NCBI GenBank assembly: GCA_963776345.1
Contig: CAVZMH010000022.1
Span: 256,001-320,000 of the forward strand
Origin: an uncultured delta proteobacterium
Lineage (GTDB): Bacteria > Myxococcota > Myxococcia > Myxococcales > Myxococcaceae
Length of the DNA: 64,000 nt
Reading direction: 5' to 3'
Positions 43,852 to 54,084 of this stretch are shown one piece after another. The translations under genes and the position numbers were made by a program. The notes beneath the pieces are model-generated. The model saw only the letters and a program-made list of their open reading frames with translations, was not told the DNA's origin and made no database searches. Every line of letters begins with the position of its first letter. Position 1 is the first letter of the stretch.

Positions 43852-45832
43852 CTGACGTCGCTCCCGCTCCTCGCGCTCTCCGTGCTCTCCGCAGCCCCCG
43901 GGCAGCCCGGCGTCGAGTCCGCGCTCGCCGAGCTGAACCGGCTGGTGGAGCTCAAGCGGGTCGCCCTCTCCCCCGATGGCGGCCGGGTGGCATGGGTGGA
44001 GGCGGCGCCCACGCCGGCCGGGCCGTCCGGGCGGCTGAAGATCATCCGCCTGGCCGCGCGCAGCGGCGGCGCTCCGGTGCGGATCACCGCGGCGAAGGAC
44101 GGCGCCGACCACGAGGAGGACGAGCCGGTCTTCTCGCCCGACGGCACCCGGCTGGCCTTCCTCTCCGACGCCGAGCAGGCCGGACAGCCGCAGCTCTACG
44201 TGGCCGACGTGCCGAGCGGCGGGGTGCGCAAGCTGACCCAGGCCACGGGCCACCTCGAGACGCCCCGCTGGTCGCCGGACGGGAAGCGCCTGGCGGTCCT
44301 CTACCTCGAGGGCGCGGCCGATGCGCTCGGGCCGCTGGGCCCCAGCGCGCGCGAGACCGGCGTCATCGGGTCGGCGGTGCGGGAGCAGCGCATCGCGCTG
44401 GTGCCGGCAGAGGGTGGACGGCTTCTGCCCGTCTCTCCCGACGACCTGTTCATCTACGAGTACGCCTGGAGCCCCGACGGCACCGCCTTCGCCGCCACCG
44501 GGGCGCACGGCTCCGGGGACGACAACTGGTGGACCGCCGAGCTGTTCATCGTCCCGACGGCGGGCGGGCCGGCGCGGGTGCTCCACCATCCGGCGCTCCA
44601 GCTCTGCGAGCCCACCTGGAGCCCGGACGGCACGCGCGTCGCGTTCATCGAGGGGCTGATGAGCGACTTCGGCGCGAACGGAGGGGACGTCCTCGTCGTC
44701 CCGGTGACGGGCGCTCGGGCCCGGAACGTGACTCCGGGGATGCGTGCCTCGGCGGCCCAGCTGGTGTGGACGCGCGAGGCGGGGCTCGTCGCGACGGCGC
44801 TCATGGGCGGCGACACGGCCTTCCTCCGCGTGGACCCCGACCGGCCGGGCACGCCGGCGACGCTCTGGCGGGGGCCCGAGCATCTGACCGCGCGCTGGGG
44901 CACCTCGGCTGCGTTCTCCCGGGACGGGTCGACGGTCGCGGTGGCGCGCCAGACCGGCATCGAGCCGCCCGAGGTGTGGGCCGGGCCCATCGGCCGCTGG
45001 ACCGCAGGTCTCACACGCCAACGCGGGGCTGCGGAGCCCGGCGGCGCGGGTGGAGAGCCTCTCGTGGAGGAGCGACCGGTGGGACGTCCAGGGCTGGCTG
45101 TACCTGCCGCCCGAGGACGCATGGCCCGGCAGGCGACCGCTGGTGGTCTCGGTGCACGGCGGGCCCGCGGGGGTGGCGACGAACGCGTTCGACATCCGGC
45201 TGCTGGTGCTGGTGAGCCAGGGCTACGCGGTGCTCGCCCCGAATCCCCGCGGCAGCTTCGGGCAGGGCGAGGCGTTCACGCGGGGGAACGTGAAGGACTT
45301 CGGGCACGGTGACCTGAGGGACATCCTCGCCGGCGTCGACCGGGCGGTCCGCACGGCCCGGGTCGACGGCGCGCGGGTCGGCATCCGCGGGCACAGCTAC
45401 GGCGGGTACATGGCCATGTTCGCGGTGACGCAGACGTCGCGCTTCAAGGCCGCGGTGGCGGGCGCGGGCATCGCCAACTGGCAGAGCTACTACGGCCAGA
45501 ACAAGATCGATCAGTGGATGCTGCCGTACTTCGGCGCCACGGTGTACGCCGACCCGGCGGTGTACGCCCGGAGCTCGCCGATGCAGTTCATCACCCGGGT
45601 GAAGACCCCGACGCTGGTGCTGGTGGGCGAGCGCGACGCCGAGTGCCCCGCCCCGCAGAGCTACGAGTTCTGGCACGCGCTGAAGACGCTCAGCGTCCCG
45701 ACCGAGCTGGTGGTCTACGCCGACGAGGGACACATGTTCCGGGATCCGGCGCACGTGCTGGACGCGACGCAGCGCGAGGTGGGGTGGCTCGATCGCTACC
45801 TCGGGAGCCCGGGGCCCGCCGCGGCTCGCTAG
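43852..45832 (+). CDS. S9 family peptidase (beta-propeller + catalytic domain); one apparent +1 frameshift near 45004
   Basis: Repeated (W/F)SPDG propeller motifs; VHGGP, NPRGS.G.G, GHSYGG, GERD, EGH. Start uncertain (CTG after GGAGG). Confidence 0.9.
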
Positions 45833-45971
45833 ACCGGGAGGGCCGCTCCTTGCGAACCTCCCACCCGCCGCTGCCTCATGGCTGGCCGCCGGGCTGGCGG
45901 TCGCCTGGCTCCGGCGAGGCAGGGCGCTGAGATCAGGCCCCGGAACCGCGTAAGCTCCGGCCCCCAGAGCG

Positions 45972-47066
45972 ATGTCCGACATGCCCCACAACCGAATCGA
46001 CGACGTCCGGATCGCGCGGCTGCGCCCGGTCCTTCCCCCTGCCATCCTCATCGAGCAGCTGCCCCTCGGGCCCGCCGCGGAGGCCTTCGTCTACGCCGCA
46101 CGCCGCGAGGTGAGCGCCGTCCTCCACGGGATGGACGACCGGCTGCTGGTGGTGGTGGGCCCCTGCTCCATCCACGACGTGGACGCCGCACGGGCCTATG
46201 CCGAACGGCTGGCCGCGGTGGAGCGCCGGCTCTCGGACGCTCTCTTGCTGGTGATGCGCGTCTACTTCGAGAAGCCACGCACCCGGGTGGGGTGGAAGGG
46301 GCTGATCAACGATCCGCACCTCGACGGGAGCTTCCGGATCAACGAGGGGCTCACGCTCGCCCGAGGGCTCCTGGTCGGGCTCGCCGAGCAGCACGTCCGC
46401 GCGGGCTGCGAGTTCCTCGACACCATCACCCCGCAGTTCCTGGCCGACACGGTGTCCTGGGGCGCCATCGGCGCGCGCACCACCGAGAGCCAGGTGCACC
46501 GCGAGCTCGCCTCGGGCCTCTCGATGCCGGTGGGCTTCAAGAACGGCACGGACGGGAACGTGAAGATCGCCATCGACGCGGTGACCGCGTCGGGGCATCC
46601 CCACTGCTTCCTCTCGGTGACCAAGCAGGGCCTCGCGGCGATCGTCGAGACCAAGGGCAACCCCGACACCCATCTCATCCTCCGCGGCTCCTCCAGCGGC
46701 CCGAACTTCGACTCGGCATCGGTGGCGGCGGCCTGCGCCGGGCTCCGCGAGGCCGGCCAGCGGCCCCGCCTCATGGTGGACTGCTCACACGGCAACAGCG
46801 GGAAGGACCCGCGCCGGCAGATCGACGTCGCGGCCGAGCTCGGGCTCCGCCGCGCCGAGGGCGACCAGGCGGTGTTCGGGGTGATGCTGGAGAGCCACCT
46901 CGTCGAGGGCCGGCAGGCTCCTGGGCCCCGGGCGCAGCTGAGGTACGGCCAGAGCATCACCGACGCGTGCCTGGGCTGGGAGGCGACCGAGGAGGTCCTC
47001 GGCGGGCTCGCCGAGGCGGTCCGCACCGGGCGCGCCCGGGCCGCGGGTCCTCGCGCCGCCGGTTGA
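45972..47066 (+). CDS. aroG: 3-deoxy-7-phosphoheptulonate (DAHP) synthase, class I-alpha
   Basis: GPCSIHD, RVYFEKPRT.VGWKGLINDP, IGARTTESQVHRELASGLS, DCSHGNS, YGQSITDAC. Feedback specificity (aroF/G/H) cannot be assigned. Confidence 0.93.
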   Translation: MSDMPHNRIDDVRIARLRPVLPPAILIEQLPLGPAAEAFVYAARREVSAVLHGMDDRLLVVVGPCSIHDVDAARAYAERLAAVERRLSDALLLVMRVYFEKPRTRVGWKGLINDPHLDGSFRINEGLTLARGLLVGLAEQHVRAGCEFLDTITPQFLADTVSWGAIGARTTESQVHRELASGLSMPVGFKNGTDGNVKIAIDAVTASGHPHCFLSVTKQGLAAIVETKGNPDTHLILRGSSSGPNFDSASVAAACAGLREAGQRPRLMVDCSHGNSGKDPRRQIDVAAELGLRRAEGDQAVFGVMLESHLVEGRQAPGPRAQLRYGQSITDACLGWEATEEVLGGLAEAVRTGRARAAGPRAAG

Positions 47067-47080
47067 GCCAGGCCGGACCG

Positions 47081-48439
47081 GTGACCTCGGTGTCCGGATC
47101 CGCCCCGCCCCAGGTCGCCGACCCGAGCGCCGTCCGGGAGGCCCCGGGTCCCGGCATCTACCGGGCCGTCCGCGGGGTGGTGGCGTTCGCGCTGGGGTTC
47201 TTCTACCGGATCGAGCGCGCCGGTCCGCCGTTGCCGGAGGGTCCGCTGGTGCTGGTGGGGAACCACCCCAACGCGCTGGTCGATCCGGGGCTGATGATCG
47301 CCGTCGCCTCGCGTCCGCTGACCTTCCTGGCCAAGGAGCCGATCTTCCGAATACCGGTGCTCGGGCCGCTGGTGCGCGCGCTGGGGGCGCTCCCGGTGGT
47401 ACGCGCCCAGGACGATCCGGGCCGGATGCGCGAGAACCTCGAGGCGCTGGGAGCCGCCGCCCGCGGTCTGGCCTCGGGACGGGCGGTGGCGCTCTTCCCC
47501 GAGGGACGGAGTCACTCCGAGCCGTCGCTCGGTGCGCTGAAGACCGGCGCGGCCCGGCTCGCCCTCGGGGCGGGTGTCCCGGTCCGCATCGTGCCGGTCG
47601 GCTTCACCTACGCCGAGAAGGCCCGCTTCCGCAGCGCGGTCCGGGTCGAGTTCGGACCCGCGCTCGACGTGGAGCCGGGTCCGGCCGAGCCGGAGCGGGT
47701 GCGCGCCCTCACCGAGCGGATCGCCGTGGCCCTGCGAGGCCTGACGCTCGACCTCGCGGCCTGGGAGGACCTGCCGCTCGTCGAGGCGGCGGACGCGCTC
47801 TACGTGCTCGCCAACGCGGCGCCGGCCCGCGACGCCGGGCGGCAGCGGCTCTTCGCCCGCGGTCTGGCGCTTCTCCGGGCGGAGCAGCCCGAGCGCGCCG
47901 CCGCGCTCGCCGACCAGGTGCTCGCCTTCCAGCGCCGCCTCACGCTGACCCGCGCCGACGCCACCGACCTCGGGATCCGCTACCGGCCCTGGACGGTGCT
48001 GCGCTTCGCGCTGCGGAACGTCCTCGCCCTGGCGCTCGGCCTGCCCCTCGCCGCGCTCGGCGTGCTCGCCTTCGGGCTCCCGGTGCTGGGGACCCGCCTC
48101 GGGCTGCGGCTCGCCCGCACCGAGCCCGACATGGTGGCCACCGTGAAGCTGCTGACCGGGCTGGTGGTCGGTCCGCTCTGGGTCGGCGCGCTGGCCCTGG
48201 CCGCGGGGGCGTGGCTCAGGCCCTGGTGGGCGGTGGCCGTCGCCGCCGGCGCCTTGCCGCTCGCGCTCTTCACCCGCCGGTTCATCTCCCGGCGGGCGGA
48301 GGCGATCCGGGATGCGCGCCTCTTCTTCCTCCTGGGGAACCGCTCGGCCCGGAAGCGGCAGCTGCTCGCCGAGGCCCGGGACCTCGCCGCACGGGTGACG
48401 ACCCTGGCGGACGAGCTGCTGCCCCGGCTCACCGGCTGA
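47081..48439 (+). CDS. Lysophospholipid/glycerol acyltransferase (PlsC-like) with C-terminal TM helices
   Basis: NHPNALVD (HxxxxD), FLAK, FPEG.SH motifs. Confidence 0.9.
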   Translation: MTSVSGSAPPQVADPSAVREAPGPGIYRAVRGVVAFALGFFYRIERAGPPLPEGPLVLVGNHPNALVDPGLMIAVASRPLTFLAKEPIFRIPVLGPLVRALGALPVVRAQDDPGRMRENLEALGAAARGLASGRAVALFPEGRSHSEPSLGALKTGAARLALGAGVPVRIVPVGFTYAEKARFRSAVRVEFGPALDVEPGPAEPERVRALTERIAVALRGLTLDLAAWEDLPLVEAADALYVLANAAPARDAGRQRLFARGLALLRAEQPERAAALADQVLAFQRRLTLTRADATDLGIRYRPWTVLRFALRNVLALALGLPLAALGVLAFGLPVLGTRLGLRLARTEPDMVATVKLLTGLVVGPLWVGALALAAGAWLRPWWAVAVAAGALPLALFTRRFISRRAEAIRDARLFFLLGNRSARKRQLLAEARDLAARVTTLADELLPRLTG

Positions 48440-48476
48440 GGCGCGGGGCGCCCCGTCGTGCGATGGTCGAGGGTCG

Positions 48477-50054
48477 ATGAGCCAGATGCGCTGGTTCGTG
48501 CGCGGGGACGTCGACGGGTTCTTCGGGCTGGCGCTGGACAACCTGGTCCAGCTGCTCGTCCTGTCCGAGCTGTGCCGGGCGGTGCTCGGCTTCCCCGACG
48601 CGCTGGTCTACGGGCGCATTCTCCCGGGGGCGGCGGTCTCGCTCCTGGTGGGCAACCTCTTCTACGCCTGGCAGGCGATGCGGCTCGCGCGCGCGACCGG
48701 ACGGCAGGACGTCTGCGCGCTGCCCTACGGCATCAACACCGTCTCGCTCTTCGCCTACGTCTTCCTGGTGATGCTCCCGGCGAAGCTGGCGGCGGAGGCC
48801 GCGGGCGCGGCCGATCCGTCGAGGGTGGCGTGGCAGGCGGGCCTGGTGGCGTGCTTCGGCTCGGGAGCGATCGAGCTGCTGGGGAGCACGGTCTCCGAGC
48901 GCGTCCGGAGGTCCACCCCGCGCGCCGCGCTCCTCTCCACCCTGGCCGGCATCGCCCTGACCTTCATCGCCATCGGCTTCCTGTTCCGGGCGTACACCCG
49001 GCCGATCATCGGGCTCGGCACGCTGGCCATCATCCTCCTGGTCTACTTCGGCCGCGTCCGGTTCCGGGGCGGGCTCCCGGGCGGCCTGGTGGCCATCGCG
49101 CTCGGCACCGGCTTCGCCTGGCTCACCGGTCTGGCGCCGGCAGGCGTTGCTCCTCCGGGACCCGCGTTCCATCCGCCGGTGCCAGTGCTCGGAGCGCTCG
49201 TCGACGCGTTCGGCGGCGGGTTCTGGGCGGCGTACTTCTCGGTCATCCTCCCGATGGGGCTCTTCGCCACGGTGGGCTCGATCGAGAACATCGAGTCCGC
49301 CCGGGCCGCCGGCGATCCCTACCCGGCCGGCATCTCGCTGGCGGTGAACGGCGTGGGCACCCTGGCCGCCTGTGCGTTCGGCTCGTGCTTCCCGACCACC
49401 ATCTACATCGGGCATCCGGGGTGGAAGGCGCTGGGGGCGCGCGCCGGGTACTCGGTCCTGAACGGCGCCTTCATGACCCTCATCTGCCTGACGGGGACGG
49501 TGCGGTGGATCGCCTGGGCGGTGCCCATCGACGCCGGGATGGCCATCGTCCTGTGGATCGGCATCGTCATGGGCGCGCAGGCGTTCCAGGCCACGCCGCG
49601 CGCGCATGCCCCCGCGGTGGTGGTGGGGCTCCTGCCGAGCCTCGCCGCCTGGGGCGTCTACATGGCCAAGTCCGGGCTGCACGCGGCCGGGCTCGGCGTG
49701 CCGGGAGGGCAGCCGTTCTCCGCGGACCTGCTCGGCACCTTCCTCCGCTCCGATCTGTGGATGGATGGTGCGCTGAGGCTCGAGCAGGGGTTCATCCTGA
49801 GCAGCGTGATCCTCGCGGCGGCCACGGTCTGTGTCATCGAGCGGCGTTTCCGCCTCGCCGCCGGGTGGTGCCTCGCCGGCGCGGTGCTCTCGGCCGTCGG
49901 CCTGGTCCACTCCTACCGCTGGACACCTGCCGACACGGTGCTGTCGCTCGCTCCGGCGTGGCCCTGGGCTCTCGGGTACGCGGTGATGGCGCTCTGCTTC
50001 GCCGTCGCGCCTTGGGTCACGCGTCCGGTGGACGACGCGTCCGGCGGACACTGA
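48477..50054 (+). CDS. NCS2/AzgA-like nucleobase permease
   Basis: GDVDGFFGLALDNL, ALPYGINT, FPTTIYIGHPGWK..GAR.GYS; many TM helices. Confidence 0.85.
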   Translation: MSQMRWFVRGDVDGFFGLALDNLVQLLVLSELCRAVLGFPDALVYGRILPGAAVSLLVGNLFYAWQAMRLARATGRQDVCALPYGINTVSLFAYVFLVMLPAKLAAEAAGAADPSRVAWQAGLVACFGSGAIELLGSTVSERVRRSTPRAALLSTLAGIALTFIAIGFLFRAYTRPIIGLGTLAIILLVYFGRVRFRGGLPGGLVAIALGTGFAWLTGLAPAGVAPPGPAFHPPVPVLGALVDAFGGGFWAAYFSVILPMGLFATVGSIENIESARAAGDPYPAGISLAVNGVGTLAACAFGSCFPTTIYIGHPGWKALGARAGYSVLNGAFMTLICLTGTVRWIAWAVPIDAGMAIVLWIGIVMGAQAFQATPRAHAPAVVVGLLPSLAAWGVYMAKSGLHAAGLGVPGGQPFSADLLGTFLRSDLWMDGALRLEQGFILSSVILAAATVCVIERRFRLAAGWCLAGAVLSAVGLVHSYRWTPADTVLSLAPAWPWALGYAVMALCFAVAPWVTRPVDDASGGH

Positions 50055-50135
50055 GGCGTGCCCGGCCGCGAATCCTCCGGAGGCGCTGCTGGCTCTCAGC
50101 AGGTCAACGAAGCCCCAAGCGAGGAGACGCGTCCG

Positions 50136-50378
50136 ATGTGCACCAGGGTGACCTGCCGGGTCTGCGGCAAGGCGACATTCAGCGGTTGCGGCCGCCATGT
50201 GGAGAGCGTTCTCCGCGGCGTGCCCGCGGACCAGCGGTGTCGCTGCGAGCCGACGAGCCAGCCTGGCCTGCTCTCCGCCTTGCTCGGGCTGGAATCCCCC
50301 GGGGATCCCAGCGCAAGTAGCGCACCGCTCCCGGATGTAGTCCCAAGGTCCGATGCTCCCCTTCCGCGGGCTCGGTAG
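50136..50378 (+). CDS. Small Cys-rich, probably metal-binding protein
   Basis: GAGGAG ribosome-binding site; MCTRVTCRVCGKATFSGCGRHVESVLRGVPADQRCRC. Confidence 0.75.
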   Translation: MCTRVTCRVCGKATFSGCGRHVESVLRGVPADQRCRCEPTSQPGLLSALLGLESPGDPSASSAPLPDVVPRSDAPLPRAR

Positions 50379-50445
50379 CCTCCCGGGGGGTCTGCCATCC
50401 GCTCGCACCGCCGCAGCGGGTGCTCGGAAATCCACGGGAGCCGCC

Positions 50446-51405
50446 GTGAACATCACCTGCGTCGCCCTCGAGGACGGTGGCTTGCTGAGGCCGGAGGCGG
50501 AGCCCACGGCGGTCGCGGCGTGGCGAGCCGGCGGAGGCCCGTTCTGGATCCACCTCACCGGTGCCCGGCCGGAGGACGTCGAGGCCTGGCTGGCGAGGCT
50601 CGGTCTGGATCCCGAGCTCCTGGAGCTCCTGAAGCAGCGGGAGGGTGAGACGAGGATCCTGCCCCTGGCGGACGCGGTCTTCGTCGCCTACCCCCTGCCA
50701 TCGGGAGCAGAGGGTCAGAGGGCCACTCACTTCGGCTTCCTCTGTCTCGACCGGCTCCTGGTCACCATGCACGCGGACCTCGAACAGTCCGCGGTGCTTG
50801 GTGTGGGTCTCGACAGGCTGAAGCTCCGGGAAGGATCGACCGCGGGCGTGGTCTGCGCCCTGGCTCTGGTCCATTCCGCGCGCATGCGACAGCAGGTGGT
50901 GGCCCTCCGCGGCGAGGGAGATGCGCTCACCGACCGGATGGACTCCGATCCCTGGGCGGTCTCCATCGGAGAGATCCTGGCCTTGAAGCGCCGGGTGCTG
51001 TCGCTGGGCGGCTTCGTGGACGAGGAGCTCGCAGTGCTCGAGGTCCTGAAGGCCAGCAACCTCGCCACGCTGCCGCTGAGTCATCTGGCGGGGACCTTCC
51101 AGATCGCGATCGAGGTGACCCAAGCCACGGACCATGACATCGACCGCCTCGATCGCCGCGTGGGCGACCTCCACCGCCGGTACGAATCGGCCCAGCAGGA
51201 GAGGGCGAGCCGCCGCCTCGGCCTGCTGACCGTCATCTCGGCCGTCTTCATGCCGCTGACGCTCATCGCCGGCATCTACGGCATGAACTTCGAGGTGATG
51301 CCGGAGCTCCACTACCGCTATGGCTATCCGATCGCCGTGGGAGCCATGGCGCTGATCGCCGGCGGCCTCACCTGGTACTTCCGCACCCGGTGGTGGGGGA
51401 AGTGA
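50446..51405 (+). CDS. CorA family divalent cation transporter
   Basis: C-terminal LTVISAVFMPLTLIAGIYGMNF..MPEL signature with two TM helices. Confidence 0.9.
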   Translation: MNITCVALEDGGLLRPEAEPTAVAAWRAGGGPFWIHLTGARPEDVEAWLARLGLDPELLELLKQREGETRILPLADAVFVAYPLPSGAEGQRATHFGFLCLDRLLVTMHADLEQSAVLGVGLDRLKLREGSTAGVVCALALVHSARMRQQVVALRGEGDALTDRMDSDPWAVSIGEILALKRRVLSLGGFVDEELAVLEVLKASNLATLPLSHLAGTFQIAIEVTQATDHDIDRLDRRVGDLHRRYESAQQERASRRLGLLTVISAVFMPLTLIAGIYGMNFEVMPELHYRYGYPIAVGAMALIAGGLTWYFRTRWWGK

Positions 51406-51618
51406 AGGGCGACGGAGAGCGCGCTGCAGTGTGTGCGCCGGTGCAGACGGTGGACGCAAGGAATGCGCAAGGCCGCGTCGTCAGCGCCGCGCCTTCACGT
51501 CGGCAGCCTCGGAGATTCCGGCATCTGGCCGGAGCGGATCGGCGTGGTGGCGCCGTCCTTCCCCGCCGGTCGTTGCGGCGGCGCCCGAGGCGAGGATTCA
51601 CGAATCCGCCCCTGGTCC

Positions 51619-51634
51619 GGGCACGCGCATTGCT
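51619..51634 (+). promoter_or_regulatory. Putative sigma-54 (-24/-12) promoter of the efflux operon
   Basis: GGGCACGCGCATTGCT fits GG-N10-GC and the (T)GGCACG-N4-TTGCW consensus, just upstream of the TolC-family gene. Confidence 0.6.
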
Positions 51635-51649
51635 TTGGCGGAGGGTGGG

Positions 51650-52972
51650 ATGCTCCATCGAGGAAAGGCCGCGCGCTCGGCTCTGAAGCCATGGGTGCTC
51701 GCGCTCGCCACCCTGCCGGCGCTGCCCGGCCCCGCCTCCGGTCAGCCGTCCGCCAGCCGGACCGAGCCTCACGTGATCCAGCACGCGCCGGGGACGCCGG
51801 TCAGCTTCGACCAGGCCCTGGGGCTCGCCGCACGCGCTCCGGCCGTGCTCGGCGCCGAGGCGGCGGTCGACGAACAGCGGCGCGTCGGTCAGTCCGTCTC
51901 GTCGATGATCGCCAACCCCACGTTGACCGTCCAGCCAGGGGCGGCCAAGGACCCGCTCGACGATCAGTGGAAGTTCTTCGGCGAGACCACGCTGATGCAG
52001 TCCTGGAACCTCTCCGGGCTTCCGGGCAACCGCAAGGCCTCGATCGCCGCCGAGGGCGCGGTGCTCACCGCGGAGGCCCGGTCAGCCGCGCTCTCCCACC
52101 GGCTCGCCGCGGCCCAGGCCTGGATGGAGCTGTGGGCCGCACAGCAGTCGCTCGCGGACGCGTTGCAGGAATCGGAGCTCGCCCGTGAGTTCTCCTCCCG
52201 GATGGCCCACGCCGCCGCGGCCGCCGCCTTCACGCGCGCCGAGGCCGCCGACGCCGCCACCTACGCCGCCGAGGCCCACGTCCTGGCCATCGCCGCCGAG
52301 GGGGAGGTGGTGGATCGTGGCTTCCAGCTGGCGGTGAGCATGGGACAGGGCGCAGAGCGGTCGCTGGTCGCCTCCGGGCCGCTTCCCTCGCCTCCCGCGC
52401 CGCTGCGCTCCGACTGGCCGGCGCTGCTCGAGGCCGCCGGGAAGCTCCCCCCGGTGGTCGCTCGCAAGATGGTCGGAGACGCCGAACGCGCCAGGGACGT
52501 GGAACTCCGCTCCGCCAGAGGCTGGGGGCTGGGCACCGGCGTGAAGGGGACCCGCGACTACCTGGCGACCTGGGGCGTGCAGGCGGTGCTGGAGGTCTCG
52601 GTCCCGCTCTTCGACCGTGGCGAGCGCGAGGCCGCAGCCCAGGCCGCCGCGGCGCTGCGCTCGGATGGAGAGCACCGCGAGGCGCTGGAGGTGGCCGCCA
52701 CCGAGCTCACCCGCGCACTGCACGAGGTGGAGCACACCGGCGAGGTCCTCGCCGCCGTCGAGACGGAGCTCCTCCCCGCCGCTGCGGAGGGCGCCCGGGT
52801 CCGGGAGGCCTCGATGCGTGCCGGCGAGACCACGGTGCTCGAGGTGCTGGTCGCCCGCCGGTCATGGGCCGCGGCGCGTGCCCGGCGCACCCGGGCGGTG
52901 GCCTCGCACGCCTGGGCACAGGTCAAGGTGTGGATGCTGCTCGCCGACCTCACGCTGGGAGGCACGAAGTGA
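51650..52972 (+). CDS. TolC/CzcC family outer-membrane efflux protein
   Basis: Signal-like N-terminus; VPLFDRG and AGETTVLEVLVARR motifs; first gene of a C-B-A operon. Confidence 0.85.
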   Translation: MLHRGKAARSALKPWVLALATLPALPGPASGQPSASRTEPHVIQHAPGTPVSFDQALGLAARAPAVLGAEAAVDEQRRVGQSVSSMIANPTLTVQPGAAKDPLDDQWKFFGETTLMQSWNLSGLPGNRKASIAAEGAVLTAEARSAALSHRLAAAQAWMELWAAQQSLADALQESELAREFSSRMAHAAAAAAFTRAEAADAATYAAEAHVLAIAAEGEVVDRGFQLAVSMGQGAERSLVASGPLPSPPAPLRSDWPALLEAAGKLPPVVARKMVGDAERARDVELRSARGWGLGTGVKGTRDYLATWGVQAVLEVSVPLFDRGEREAAAQAAAALRSDGEHREALEVAATELTRALHEVEHTGEVLAAVETELLPAAAEGARVREASMRAGETTVLEVLVARRSWAAARARRTRAVASHAWAQVKVWMLLADLTLGGTK

Positions 52973-54084
52973 GGAGACTCCGGAACGCCACCGCCGGCCT
53001 GCTGAGAACGCTCCTGGTCGCGGCCGCGGCGGCCGGCTCCTCCGGCTGCGGGAAGCACGGTGCTGCCCCCGAGGAGGAGCCGCCCATCCCCAGCGCGCGC
53101 ACGCCGTGGGTCCTGGCCCGCTCCAGCGAGGGCGTCCCGCTCCTCGAGGCCCCGGCCCAGGTGCTGCCCTCTCCGCAGGGGCAGGCCGGCGTGGTCCCGC
53201 CCTACCGCGCGCGGGTCATCCAGGTCCTCGTCCGCCCCGGGGACCGCGTCATCAAGGGTCAGCCGCTGGTCGAGGTGGTGATGCCGGAGGTCTCGACCGC
53301 CGCCGGCGCCTATGCTGCCGCATCCACCCGGGTCGACGCCTACGGCCGCCGCAAGGCCCAGCTCGACGCGCTCAAGTCCCAGGGGCTGGTCCGCCTGGTC
53401 GACGTGCTGGAGGCCGAGACCAAGCTGGCAGAGGCCCGCGCCGACCAGCAATCCGCGGCAGCCACGCTTCGCGTCGCGCAGATCGAGCCGGCCGAGGCGG
53501 CCGGCATCGTGTCCGGCAAGAAGCCGGTCTGCCTTCGCAGCCCCATCGCCGGCATGGTCACCGCGGTCGGCGTCGCGGTGGGGGACAGCCGGGAGCCCAC
53601 CGGAGACCCGGTGGTCCGCGTCGCCGGAGAGGGCGACTCGCGCGTCGAGGCACGTTTCTCCCGGCCGGTGGACACCGAGATCGCGGCCTTCGAGCTGATC
53701 ACCTCCAGCGGCGGTCACCATCCCCTCACCTTCGTCGCCCGTGCGCCGGTGATGGACCCACGCGACGGCACCATCTCCGTCTGGCTGATCCCCGAGAAGG
53801 GCACCCAGCTCCAGCCAGGCCTCACCGGCCGGGTGGTGGTGACGCTTCCCGGCGCCGCGCATGTCGCCGTGGTCCCGGCGCGAGGGGTGGGGCTCTTCGC
53901 GGGGAGAGCTTTCGTCGTCGCGCGGAGGAACGGCAAGCCGGAGCGGGTTCCGGTCGAGGTCATCGCCAGCTCCGGCGCAGAGGCGCTGGTGAAGGGAATC
54001 GCGGTCGGCGAGGAGGTGGCCGCCGATGCAGCGCTGGCCGAGGCGCCCTCCACCGCGTCGCCGGCGCCGGAGAAGGGGCCGTGA
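52969..54084 (+). CDS. RND efflux periplasmic adaptor (CzcB-like)
   Basis: Lipoyl-like halves V.PGDRV.KGQPL and LRSPIAG.V; LQPGLTG; GTGA overlaps on both sides. Confidence 0.88.
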   Translation: MRRLRNATAGLLRTLLVAAAAAGSSGCGKHGAAPEEEPPIPSARTPWVLARSSEGVPLLEAPAQVLPSPQGQAGVVPPYRARVIQVLVRPGDRVIKGQPLVEVVMPEVSTAAGAYAAASTRVDAYGRRKAQLDALKSQGLVRLVDVLEAETKLAEARADQQSAAATLRVAQIEPAEAAGIVSGKKPVCLRSPIAGMVTAVGVAVGDSREPTGDPVVRVAGEGDSRVEARFSRPVDTEIAAFELITSSGGHHPLTFVARAPVMDPRDGTISVWLIPEKGTQLQPGLTGRVVVTLPGAAHVAVVPARGVGLFAGRAFVVARRNGKPERVPVEVIASSGAEALVKGIAVGEEVAADAALAEAPSTASPAPEKGP

